Assembly (NCBI GenBank): GCA_965116535.1
Contig: OZ220703.1
Coordinates: 1,037,287-1,101,286 of the forward strand
Direction: 5' to 3'
Source of the DNA: Acidimicrobiales bacterium
GTDB lineage: Bacteria > Actinomycetota > Acidimicrobiia > Acidimicrobiales > Bin134
Length of the DNA: 64,000 bases
The position numbers and the translations under genes were made by a program. The notes under the pieces were generated by a model. The model saw only the letters and a program-made list of their open reading frames with translations. It made no database searches and was not told the origin of the DNA. Positions 21,424 through 30,201 of this stretch are shown here, one piece after another (within the stretch, counting starts at the first letter, position 1; every line of letters starts with the position of its first letter).

Positions 21424-23153
21424 GCCGCCTCACCTCCTCTCTGGGAGGAGACGATCTCGGCGTAGGTGGGGCAGGTGCTGACCAGTTCGTCGTGACGCCC
21501 TTGGCCGACCACGATGCCCCCTTCGAGCACGATGATCTGTTCTGCGGTCTCGATGGTGGAGATCCGCTGGGCCACCACAAGCACGGCGGCATCGCGGGTT
21601 CGGGGTTCGAGGGCCTGGCGCAGTCGGGCCTCGGTGGCCAGATCGAGGGCGGAGAAGGAGTCGTCGAACAGGTAGACCGCCGGCTGGGCCACCAGAGCCC
21701 GGGCGATGGACAGCCGCTGGCGCTGGCCGCCGGACACGTTGGTGCCCCCCTGGGCGATGCGACTCTTGAGCCCGTCGGGCATCGACTGCACGAACCCCGC
21801 GGCCTGGGCCACTTCCAGGGCTTCCCAGAGTTCTTCGTCGGTGGCCTCGGGGCGGCCGTAGCGGAGATTGGAGGCCACCGTGCCGCTGAACAGATAAGCC
21901 CGCTGGGGCACATAGCCGATGGCCCCCCACAACAGATCCGGATTGAGCTGGCGAACATCGACACCGCCCACTGAGACCCGGCCGGAGCTAGCGTCGGCCA
22001 GACGGGCAGCCAGCGTCAACATCGTGGTCTTTCCGGCACCGGTCGAACCTATGATGGCGGTGGTCTCCCCAGGGACGGCAGTGAACGAGACACCCTCGAG
22101 CACGGGATGCTCAGCACCGGGATATCGGAAGCCGACCTCCTGAAACACTACGGTCCCGGGCCGGGTGAATTCCTGGACAGGGTCGGTTGGGGGGCTCACC
22201 GATGACTCGGTGTCGAGCACTTCGACGATCCGCTCGGCAGCCACCGCCGCTCGAGGGATCATCGACACCATGAACGCGGCCATGGTCACCGCCAAGAGGA
22301 TTTGGAGAAGATAGGTGAGATAGGCCACCAGGGATCCGATCTGGGTGGATCCGTCTTCGATTCGGTCGGCGCCGATCCACAACAAGGCCACGCTGGACAG
22401 GTTCACCAACAGCGTGACCGCGGGGAACACGGCGGCCATGAGCCGGGCTGCTCGCAACGAGGATTCGGTGAGGCGGTGGTTGGCGTCGGCGAAGCGGGCG
22501 CTCTCGACTGGCTCTCGAGTGAAGGCCCGCACCACCCGCACGCCGGTTATCTGTTCCCGCAGCACAGTGTTGATCCGATCGATCCGCTCCTGCATCTGCT
22601 GGAACGCCGGGTTCATGGCCACGATGATCGCCCCTGTCACCACAATCTCGAGAGGCACGACCACCAGCAACAGCACCGACAAGCCGGCGTCCTCTCGGAT
22701 GGCCAGCACCGTGCCGGCGATCATGGTGAGTGGAGCGGTGATCATCATGATCGTCACCAGCGCCGTCAACGTCTGGATCTGGTGGGTGTCGTTGGTGATG
22801 CGGGTGATGAGCGACGGGGTTCCGAATCGCCCGATCTCCCGGGTGGAGTAGCGGGTAATCCGGTCGAACACATCGCGCCGGATGTCTCGACCGAACGCCA
22901 TGGCCACCTCCGACCCGTACCAAACAGCCACGGTGAGCAGCGCCACCTGGATGAACGAGACCAACAGCATGATCCCGCCCATCCTCCAGATCACCGATTG
23001 GTCGCCAAGGAGGACGCCGTCGTCGATCAGGGTGGCGTTCAGCCCTGGCAGCAGCAATCCGGTGGTGGTCTGGCCCGCTTGGAGGATGAGGACGAGCACG
23101 ATGGCCCGCCGGTGGGGGGCCAGATGGCTCTTGAGAAGTCGTCGCAGGCTCAT
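21420..23153 (-). CDS. ABC transporter, fused permease/ATP-binding subunit (partner of 19477..21423)
   Basis: TM domain plus an NBD (GSTGAGKTT, VSGGQRQR, YLFDDSFSALD). A 4-nt ATGA overlap with the downstream gene suggests a heterodimeric exporter. Confidence 0.88.
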   Translation of the reverse strand: MSLRRLLKSHLAPHRRAIVLVLILQAGQTTTGLLLPGLNATLIDDGVLLGDQSVIWRMGGIMLLVSFIQVALLTVAVWYGSEVAMAFGRDIRRDVFDRITRYSTREIGRFGTPSLITRITNDTHQIQTLTALVTIMMITAPLTMIAGTVLAIREDAGLSVLLLVVVPLEIVVTGAIIVAMNPAFQQMQERIDRINTVLREQITGVRVVRAFTREPVESARFADANHRLTESSLRAARLMAAVFPAVTLLVNLSSVALLWIGADRIEDGSTQIGSLVAYLTYLLQILLAVTMAAFMVSMIPRAAVAAERIVEVLDTESSVSPPTDPVQEFTRPGTVVFQEVGFRYPGAEHPVLEGVSFTAVPGETTAIIGSTGAGKTTMLTLAARLADASSGRVSVGGVDVRQLNPDLLWGAIGYVPQRAYLFSGTVASNLRYGRPEATDEELWEALEVAQAAGFVQSMPDGLKSRIAQGGTNVSGGQRQRLSIARALVAQPAVYLFDDSFSALDLATEARLRQALEPRTRDAAVLVVAQRISTIETAEQIIVLEGGIVVGQGRHDELVSTCPTYAEIVSSQRGGEAA

Positions 23154-23249
23154 GGAAAAGGCGTTGGTGACAAGATGCCGCCCGGAACGATGTTATGGGC
23201 CGATTTGAGGCATCCTCCGCCAATTGACCCGGAGTTGGGGGAGCTCGGT

Positions 23250-24458
23250 TTAGATGATGCCGTCGGCTCGGAGGGCGTCCAGCTCAGTGGTGGACAGGCC
23301 GAGTTCGCTGGAGAGCACTTCGTCGGTGTGCTCACCGACGCGGGGCGCACCCGCGGGGGCGGGCGGTGTTTCGCCGAGCAGGCGGGGGAAGGGGGCCTGT
23401 TGGCGGACCGGTCCGACGATCGGATCCTGAACGGTGCAGATGTCGCCTCGGGCCAGCACGTGTTCGTCGGCGGTGAGGTCGGCCACGTCGTAGATCTTGC
23501 CGGCGGGCACGTCGCAGGCGACGCAGCGGGCCTCTATGTCGTCGGCGTCCGCCTCTGAGACCCATTGGGCGACTATTGCGTTGATCTCGACCCGGTTGCG
23601 GGCCCGGGCCGCCGCGGTGGCGAAGCGCTCGTCGTCGGCCAGCTCGGGGCGGCCCATTGCCCGACACAACCGCTCGAAGAAGACCTGGCTGCCGCCGACG
23701 ATGTACACGTAGCGAGAGTCGCGGCTGGCGTAATTGCCGATGGGCGCGGCGATGTCAAGGCTGTCGGCTGAGCGGTTGCGGACCATGCCAAGGCGGTCGT
23801 AGGCGGCGATTGTCCATTCCATGATGCGCAGCACCGAGCCGTACATGTACACGTCGATAACCCCGCCGGTTCCCGTTCCGCGGGCGTCGCGGTCATAGAG
23901 CAGGCTGGTGATGGCCTGAGCCGCGAACAGCCCGGTCAGGTAGCCGGCAATGTTCACACCCGGCCGGGCCGGAGGCCGGTCGGGATCGCCGGTGAGGTGC
24001 ATCAGCCCGCTGAAAGCCAGCGCGTTCCCGTTGAGGCCCGGCTGAAGCGACTTGGGGCCGTCTTGGCCGAACACGCTGAAGCGGGCCGTCACCACTCGGG
24101 GCGGAAGTCGGGAGGGGTCGATGTCCCAGCGTTCGAGGGTGCCGGGCCGGAAGCTCTCGCACACCACGTCACTGGAGGCGGCCAGGGCCCGGAAGATCTC
24201 CTGGCCCTGGGGGCGGCGCAGGTCGATGGTCACCGACTTTCGGCCCCGGCCCTCCACCGACCAGTAAAGGGAGTACATCTCGCCATCGTCATCGACATAG
24301 GGGCCGAGCTCTCGAAGGCGATCGCCCCGTCCGGGCTCCTCGATCTTGATGACTTCGGCGCCTTGTTCGCCCAAGATCCCAGCACAGAACGGAGCCGATA
24401 CCCGCGACCCCAAGTCGATCACCCGCAGCCCTTCCAGGGGTCGCCTCATCGCACTCAT
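23250..24458 (-). CDS. CoA-transferase family III (CaiB/BaiF-like) protein
   Basis: LEGLRVIDLGSRVSAPFCAGILGEQGAEVIKIE N-terminus, the FRPGTLERW motif, and GEHTDEVL near the C-terminus. Confidence 0.85.
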   Translation of the reverse strand: MSAMRRPLEGLRVIDLGSRVSAPFCAGILGEQGAEVIKIEEPGRGDRLRELGPYVDDDGEMYSLYWSVEGRGRKSVTIDLRRPQGQEIFRALAASSDVVCESFRPGTLERWDIDPSRLPPRVVTARFSVFGQDGPKSLQPGLNGNALAFSGLMHLTGDPDRPPARPGVNIAGYLTGLFAAQAITSLLYDRDARGTGTGGVIDVYMYGSVLRIMEWTIAAYDRLGMVRNRSADSLDIAAPIGNYASRDSRYVYIVGGSQVFFERLCRAMGRPELADDERFATAAARARNRVEINAIVAQWVSEADADDIEARCVACDVPAGKIYDVADLTADEHVLARGDICTVQDPIVGPVRQQAPFPRLLGETPPAPAGAPRVGEHTDEVLSSELGLSTTELDALRADGII

Positions 24459-24468
24459 TCCGTTCTTC

Positions 24469-25671
24469 TCATATCACGTTCCGCTTCCTCAAAGCAGCAA
24501 TCTCAGCTCTTGACAATCCCAGCAGGCTCGAGAGCACCTCCCCGGTGTGCTCGCCCAGCCGGGGAGCGCCCTCCGGCACCGGCAGCGAGCCGTTGTCGAA
24601 GCGGGGATAGGGGGCCTGCTGGCGAACCGGGCCGATGACGGGATCATCTACGGTGCACACGTCTCCGCGGGCGCGCACGTGGTCGTCGGCCACCAGGTCG
24701 GCAACGTCGTATACGACGCTGACGGGCACGCCGTGGCGACCGCAGCGCTCCTCGATGGCGGCGGCGTCCAGCTCTGATGCCCACTGGGCAACAGTCTGGT
24801 TGACCAACTCCTGATTGCGACGCCGCGCCTTTGATGTGGCGAAGCGCTCGTCGGTCGGCAGATCAGGCTGGCCCATTGCCTCGCAAAGGCTTTCGAACAC
24901 CGCCTGGCGCACAGCCACGATGCAGACATGCTGGCCGTCGCGGCTTCGGAAGTTGTCGAGCGGAGCGGCGTTCTCCGACCGATTGCCCGTGCGCTGGCGC
25001 ACCGATCCCAAACGGTCGTAAGCCGCGATAGTCCACTCCATGATCCGCAGCACCGATCCGTACAGGTAGGCGTCTACCACGCCGCCGACGCCGGTGCCCC
25101 GTGCGTCGCGCTCATAGAGCAGGCTGGTCACCGCTTGAGCCGCGAACACCCCGGTCAGGTAGTCGGAAACGGACAGGCCCGGCCGCATTGGAGGCTGGTC
25201 GGCTTGCCCGGTGAGGTGTGTCAGCCCGGCGAACGCGACGGCGTTGTGGTCGAACCCGTTATGCAGAGACTTGGGGCCCTGCTGGCCGTACAGGCTGATG
25301 CGGGCGGTGACCACCCTCGGATCGAGCCAAGACGGGTCGACATTCCAGCGCTCCAGCGTGCCGGGTCGGAAGTTCTCACACACCACGTCGGATTCCGAAG
25401 CCAGACGACGAAACAGATCTTGGCCCTCGGCGCTGCGAAGGTTGACGGTTACCGATTTGCGCCCTCGGCCCTCCACCGACCAGAAGAGGGAGTAGAACCT
25501 ACCGTCGTCATCAGTGGTGAAGGGCCCGTTCGTGCGGGTCCCGTCGCCGCCGATGGGATCCTCGATCTTGATGACCTCCGCCCCCTGCTCACCCAGGATC
25601 CCGGCGCAGAAAGGAGCCGCGATCCGAGTGCCCACATCCAACACCCTGACCCCGGCCAGAGGCTGCCTCAC
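24469..25671 (-). CDS. CoA-transferase family III (CaiB/BaiF-like) protein, tandem paralogue
   Basis: Collinear with 23250..24458 over its whole length, with long identical blocks such as APFCAGILGEQGAEVIKIE, SVEGRGRKSVT, YGSVLRIMEWTIAAYDRLG and GPVRQQAP. Confidence 0.85.
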   Translation of the reverse strand: MRQPLAGVRVLDVGTRIAAPFCAGILGEQGAEVIKIEDPIGGDGTRTNGPFTTDDDGRFYSLFWSVEGRGRKSVTVNLRSAEGQDLFRRLASESDVVCENFRPGTLERWNVDPSWLDPRVVTARISLYGQQGPKSLHNGFDHNAVAFAGLTHLTGQADQPPMRPGLSVSDYLTGVFAAQAVTSLLYERDARGTGVGGVVDAYLYGSVLRIMEWTIAAYDRLGSVRQRTGNRSENAAPLDNFRSRDGQHVCIVAVRQAVFESLCEAMGQPDLPTDERFATSKARRRNQELVNQTVAQWASELDAAAIEERCGRHGVPVSVVYDVADLVADDHVRARGDVCTVDDPVIGPVRQQAPYPRFDNGSLPVPEGAPRLGEHTGEVLSSLLGLSRAEIAALRKRNVI

Positions 25672-25781
25672 CGGGAATTCCCCGCCCTATCACACTCCGT
25701 CATCGGAGCAAATGCTATCAACTCCCCTAGTCGGCGCTAATGGGCTGGTGGTGTCGTCAGGCTGTGGAGGAGGCTTCTGAG

Positions 25782-26399
25782 CTAATGGGTAGGTGGTGTG
25801 GCAAGGCTGTGAAAGAGGTTTCTGACGAGCAATTCCCATTCTTGGGCGGAAGGCGGGTGTTGGTCGTCCCGCCCGGTCGAAAGCAGCAAGTGGGTGCCAA
25901 CTCCGACGGCCTGAATCAGCAAGGCGACGGCCGCGGTGCTGTAGCCGGGGTCGAAGCCCGACTCGTCTCGCCCCCGGTCCACGAGGCGGGCAATTTGGTG
26001 GGCCTGCTCGTCGAGGAATAACCGCAGGCGCTCTCGCACCGCGTCGTTGTTGCGGGCGCTGGCAAACACCTGCACCATCACGTCTTGGGTGTCGTCGCCA
26101 GACAAGATGTTGCCGGCCCACGCCGAAAAGATGTCGATCACCGGCACGTCTTCGATGCCCAGCTGCTTGATCCTCTCGGCGGGCAGAATCTGGTCGAAGA
26201 TGTGGTCGACGGCTGCGGCCATCAACTCGCTCTTGTTGGCCCACCGACCGAATACCGCACCCGTTGTCACCCCGGCGCGGCGCGCGATGTCAGCGATAAC
26301 GGCCTTGTCATAGCCGTGTTCCACAAACACCTCAGCGGCAGCATCCAACAGCCGCTTCGTTGTCTCGTCTGAATCCCTGCGCCGCACGTCATCAGCCAC
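25782..26399 (-). CDS. TetR/AcrR family transcriptional regulator
   Basis: N-terminal HTH TKRLLDAAAEVFVEHGYDKAVIADIARRAGVTTGAVFGRW; 205 aa. Confidence 0.85.
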   Translation of the reverse strand: MADDVRRRDSDETTKRLLDAAAEVFVEHGYDKAVIADIARRAGVTTGAVFGRWANKSELMAAAVDHIFDQILPAERIKQLGIEDVPVIDIFSAWAGNILSGDDTQDVMVQVFASARNNDAVRERLRLFLDEQAHQIARLVDRGRDESGFDPGYSTAAVALLIQAVGVGTHLLLSTGRDDQHPPSAQEWELLVRNLFHSLATPPTH

Positions 26400-26570
26400 A
26401 CGTACCCCCCCAGGGCAGAAAACTCATCGAAGTACAAGCTATCTGAAGAGGGAGCCCAGGGCCGACCGGACTTGGGTATAACTTGCACCAATGTATAGTG
26501 TGTACTATTATCGAGAATCTAAAGCTTGCGGGCCGGAACACGGGCCGGTTGCGGCTATCGTGGCTTTGCC

Positions 26571-27224
26571 ATGCCGTCCACGCCAGCGTCCCACTCCCGA
26601 TCTCCAGGTAGAGGGAGCAGTGCCGAGGAATCAACTGAGCGCCTGTTGGATGCCGCCGCCAGCGTCTTTGGCGAGAGCGGCTACGAGGGTGCCCGGGTCG
26701 CGCAAATCGCACGACGATGCGGCCTGACGACCGGGGCTGTCTATTCCCGATGGCTGACCAAACAAGAGCTGTTCCTCGCGGCAATCGAGCACCGGGCGTC
26801 GAGGGGCGCTGAAAAAGTGGCGGGCCGCTCCGAATTGTCGACACTTGAGAAACTTGCTGCCATGGGCGGTGGGCTGACCACGGCTGGTGATGACGAGGCG
26901 GGCAACCTGTTGCTCGAGGCCTGCGTAGTTGCCCGACGCGACGATTCAATGAGTGCAGATGTGGCGCGATCGCTCGACGAGGAGGCAGCGGTGATAGCCG
27001 CCATGATCGAGGAGGGCAAGGCCGCAGGGGAAATAGACGCGGCGCTGAGCACCGAGGCGATCGTGTTCGCATGCCAGTCGCTCAGTCTCGGGGTGCGGCT
27101 GGCCGCAGCGGCGGCACCACGCCGAGGACCACAGCCCTCAGCCGACGATTGGAATGAGCTGCTGGCTCGATTCATCAACTCCATCGGCCCGCGTGCCGGA
27201 GGGGTCGACCCAGCCAGTGACTGA
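26571..27224 (+). CDS. TetR/AcrR family transcriptional regulator (divergent paralogue)
   Basis: HTH TERLLDAAASVFGESGYEGARVAQIARRCGLTTGAVYSRW. Start moved to the ATG at 26571. Confidence 0.8.
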   Translation: MPSTPASHSRSPGRGSSAEESTERLLDAAASVFGESGYEGARVAQIARRCGLTTGAVYSRWLTKQELFLAAIEHRASRGAEKVAGRSELSTLEKLAAMGGGLTTAGDDEAGNLLLEACVVARRDDSMSADVARSLDEEAAVIAAMIEEGKAAGEIDAALSTEAIVFACQSLSLGVRLAAAAAPRRGPQPSADDWNELLARFINSIGPRAGGVDPASD

Positions 27225-27402
27225 GGGCGCCAGCGGCACAACCAAGACAGGCCCCTACGCCTTGGTGGTTCTTTCTCCCAACTCCTAGTGGCCTGCCGCT
27301 GGCCTGTTGACCTACCCAAACCAACAACCCGCGCCATCCCGCATTGGAATCATAGTGGCTACTACGATATATGCTCTCAGGCTGATAGCAGTACGAACTC
27401 CA

Positions 27403-27685
27403 ATGAGAGGGAGGCACAAAGAGAGCATCTACGACAGGGCCTACCCGCGACCCGGTTGCCTCCCGCATCGGCGGCGTGGTCGTTGCTGAGCTCACCCGGA
27501 CGATCCGGGATATTGCTTCTGAGTTGCCTTTGACCGCCGCTGACGGCGTTCCCCTTGACAGCGTGGTCAACTTCGACAACATCAACACCCTGCCTCGCCA
27601 CGCTTTTCGACGAAAGGTTGCCCAGCTCAGCCCTGCCCGCATGGCCGAGGCATGCCAAGTGCTCAAAGCCGCAACCGGCTGCTAA
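27403..27685 (+). pseudogene. Decayed PemK/MazF-family toxin remnant (frameshifted, N-terminal core deleted, no antitoxin)
   Basis: The C-terminal 69 aa (VVVAELTRTIRDIASELPLTAADGVPLDSVVNFDNINTLPR...LSPARMAEACQVLKAATG) matches my memory of the actinobacterial MazF pattern TVAPITSTIRDIPSEV..DGMP.D.A.N.D.L.TV. Upstream, TRDPVASRIGG continues in this frame but is closed by a TGA at 27404. An ATG (MRG...) sits in another frame, and about 10 residues of the N-terminal strand are missing. Confidence 0.5.
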
Positions 27686-27752
27686 CAGACCGACGGAAGC
27701 CCATTGCGGAGGGAGGCTCCCCACGACGGGGCGCGGTCCGGGCCGTCACCGG

Positions 27753-29447
27753 CTAGGTGACGACGACGCCCCTAATGGTTCCAGGATGGAGGATGACAGA
27801 TAAACCAAACGTTTGACTACCAATCTCGCACGTAGGCTCAATTTCGAAATTCCAAGTGCCGGCTGCTAGCGAGGTCAACGTGAGACGAATGGTGTTCATG
27901 CTGTCCACCCTGCGCTCGAAATTGTCACTCGCGTCGCCATAGTATATTTGATAGTACAGGTCACCCCGGCTCCCGCATTCCCGCATCATCTTTCCTAGAT
28001 CTTCGGGGGTCTCCCACCGCAGGGTCACGGTTCCGGCCCCCCCGGTGGCTCTGAAATTGCGGACGGGATTGATGGTGGGGGTCGTGCCACGGTCATGCAC
28101 GATCCGCAGGTTGACCTGTTGGCCCTCGGTCCAGCTGATGCTGGTGTCCAGGAATTTGTGAGCGGTCTTGTCAAGTATATAACGATAAGGATCAGTAGGT
28201 GTCGGAGCATGTCTAAGGGGAAGCCTTGCGGACCAGAAGGGGAGCGCCTCGCCGTCGACCTCCAGGACCAGTCGGTTCATGTCGTCGGCGAGGTCCTGGT
28301 CGACGTAGAGGTAGAGGCGGTCTATGGCCGCGGTGTAGAGCGACTTGATCGTGTAGGTGGTGCCGTCGTAGGTGAAGGTGTTGTCGCTCAGGACGCTGCG
28401 GTTGGAGCAATCGGAACTGGACCGGGGAGAGCCGTTGTCGAAGCATCCGAGCTGGCCGCTGCGCGCCACTGTCAGGGTGGCCGTCCACAGCTCGGTCGCC
28501 GACTGCCTCGCGATGGGCAGGTCATCTTGTTGGTCGGGGTCGCTGGGCGTTGTTGCTTGGCGGGTGTCGGAGCCCTCGCCGGCGCCTGCGCTGTTGATGG
28601 CTTTCACCTGGTACTCGTAGACGGTGTCGGCCGACACGGAGCTGTCGGTGTATTGCGTGTCGGTGCTGCCGGTGTCGTCGACCAGCACGGCCAGCTCCTG
28701 GGGCGGGTCGGCGCCGACTTCGCGGCGCAGCACCTGGTAGCCGGTGACGCTGTCATCGTCGGGGGCCTGCCACAACAACAGCACCGAGTCGTGGGTGGCC
28801 GCCGCCAGCAGGTTGCGGGGCGCGCCCGGAGGCGTCGACTGGGCGCTCGGCGACACCGCGTCGTCACGGTTGCCGTCGGGATCCTCGACGCCGGTCCCGG
28901 GGGCCGAGTTGGCCTTCGTGATGGTGAACGAGACCTCCAAGGCCCCCAGCTGGTTTCCACCCAGCCTCCGCCCGGCGTAGGCGACAGCGGTCACCGTGTA
29001 GGTGCCCGCAGGCAGGGCCTGGCCGTGCAGCCTCCTGACCCCGCTGTGCCGGTAGTCCCCGTAAAGCGAGTAGGGCACCAGGTTCTCGGTCTTCGCCGAC
29101 ACCGACTTCGGCCCGCTCAACGCCAGGCTCACGCTGCCCACCGTCTCGCCGGCGGCCAAATCGGCGCGGATCCCGTAACTGCCGCCGGCCGGGTCGGCCA
29201 ACTCCACGCTCAGCCCTTCGCTCAGCGTGGCCACCACGCCCTGGTCGGAGGCGTCTACCAGAGTGAAGCCCGCGAGTGGCCCCGCATCATCACCGTCATC
29301 GGAGGCCGACGTCGGCAGCGGGGAGACCAAGGCGGCGACCACCGCGGCCAGCAGGAGACAGACGGCAAATCTCCCCCCCCCCCGCTGTTTGCCCTTGCTG
29401 GGCGTCGCCCGCTGAAGGACCCGCAGAATGCCCGAACTTCTCTTCAC
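27753..29447 (-). CDS. Secreted/surface protein with fibronectin type III domains and an uncharacterised Cys-containing central module
   Basis: Signal peptide RFAVCLLLAAVVAALVSPLPTSA. A clear FN3 domain (PGAPRNLLAAATHDSVLLLWQAPDDDSVTGYQVLRRE...YEYQVKAINSAGAG) and a second FN3-like unit near the C-terminus (VRNFRATGGAGTVTLRWETP). The GTG at 29447 has AGAGGGA 7 nt upstream; the track uses the TTG at 29468. Confidence 0.75.
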   Translation of the reverse strand: MKRSSGILRVLQRATPSKGKQRGGGRFAVCLLLAAVVAALVSPLPTSASDDGDDAGPLAGFTLVDASDQGVVATLSEGLSVELADPAGGSYGIRADLAAGETVGSVSLALSGPKSVSAKTENLVPYSLYGDYRHSGVRRLHGQALPAGTYTVTAVAYAGRRLGGNQLGALEVSFTITKANSAPGTGVEDPDGNRDDAVSPSAQSTPPGAPRNLLAAATHDSVLLLWQAPDDDSVTGYQVLRREVGADPPQELAVLVDDTGSTDTQYTDSSVSADTVYEYQVKAINSAGAGEGSDTRQATTPSDPDQQDDLPIARQSATELWTATLTVARSGQLGCFDNGSPRSSSDCSNRSVLSDNTFTYDGTTYTIKSLYTAAIDRLYLYVDQDLADDMNRLVLEVDGEALPFWSARLPLRHAPTPTDPYRYILDKTAHKFLDTSISWTEGQQVNLRIVHDRGTTPTINPVRNFRATGGAGTVTLRWETPEDLGKMMRECGSRGDLYYQIYYGDASDNFERRVDSMNTIRLTLTSLAAGTWNFEIEPTCEIGSQTFGLSVILHPGTIRGVVVT

Positions 29448-29627
29448 TGTGCCGTCCCTCTGTCGCAAAGCGCACTGCCGACCGCAATGCGGCCAAAACC
29501 GTAACGGCTCAATATGCGCTACGCAACACTCTTGTCACAACCATGTCGGAATATGCACACAAGCCAGCCCGCCAACCGGCGCTGTTTGCGTTAGGGGTGC
29601 CGCCATGGCTCGGCGACGCTGATCTCA

Positions 29628-30104
29628 TCAAAAGTCCGGCGTGCCGGCAGCATCTTGGTCGCTTTGTCGGATTGGAGCGGGTTCGTCGAGCAAGACGAAG
29701 GTCTGCGCTGAGATCACTTCGGGAATCTGATGGAGCCGCTCGAGCACCGCATCGCGCAATTGGCCCAGGTCTTGGCACCGGATGAGCATCTGGATGTCGA
29801 AGGGTCCGCTCGTGAGGCCGATCCACTCCACTCCGGGCAGTCTCCTCAGTTGGTCGCGGGCTTTGCGCCAGCGCTTCTGGTCGATGTTGATCTGGACGAG
29901 GGCGGCCACGTGGAGGCCGAGTGCCGCGGGGGTAACGACGGCGGTGAAGCGTTCGATGGCCCCTTCTTCGACCAGGCGGTCGAATCGGTTGTAGGCAGTG
30001 GCCCGGCCTATACCGATTCGCCTGGCGAGGGCCGGTATGGACAGTCGGGCGTCGGCGCGCAGCAGTTCGATCATCTCAATGTCGATGTCATCCAGATTCC
30101 TCAT
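29628..30104 (-). CDS. Lrp/AsnC family transcriptional regulator
   Basis: DDIDIEMIELLRADARLSIPALARRIGIGRATAYNRFDRL HTH followed by a RAM/ACT-like effector domain; 158 aa. Confidence 0.88.
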   Translation of the reverse strand: MRNLDDIDIEMIELLRADARLSIPALARRIGIGRATAYNRFDRLVEEGAIERFTAVVTPAALGLHVAALVQINIDQKRWRKARDQLRRLPGVEWIGLTSGPFDIQMLIRCQDLGQLRDAVLERLHQIPEVISAQTFVLLDEPAPIRQSDQDAAGTPDF

Positions 30105-30201
30105 GGCGCAGATAATCTTATTGCAAAGTCTATTTATAGAAGTTCATCTTGATTTATTCTCATTTATAAATTTTTTAGCCGATATCTGGCAGAGTGAGTA
30201 G
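30105..30201. promoter_or_regulatory. Strongly AT-rich divergent promoter region between the Lrp regulator and the phenylalanine hydroxylase gene
   Basis: GCAGATAATCTTATTGCAAAGTCTATTTATAGAAGTTCATCTTGATTTATTCTCATTTATAAATTTTTTAG is the most AT-rich stretch in the window. Lrp-family proteins bind degenerate AT-rich sites. Confidence 0.45.

Noticed and set aside
22302-23558. Long + strand ORF (418 aa). The same pattern applies to other long opposite-strand ORFs: 8390..9427, 28095..29504, 30175..31152, 33880..35190, 42520..43773, 43716..44864, 44931..46370, 58065..59375, 6321..7118.
   Set aside because: Each lies antisense to a gene with clear family motifs. Each has the Gly/Arg/Val/Asp/His-rich, motif-free composition typical of shadow ORFs in GC-rich DNA. 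No independent support.
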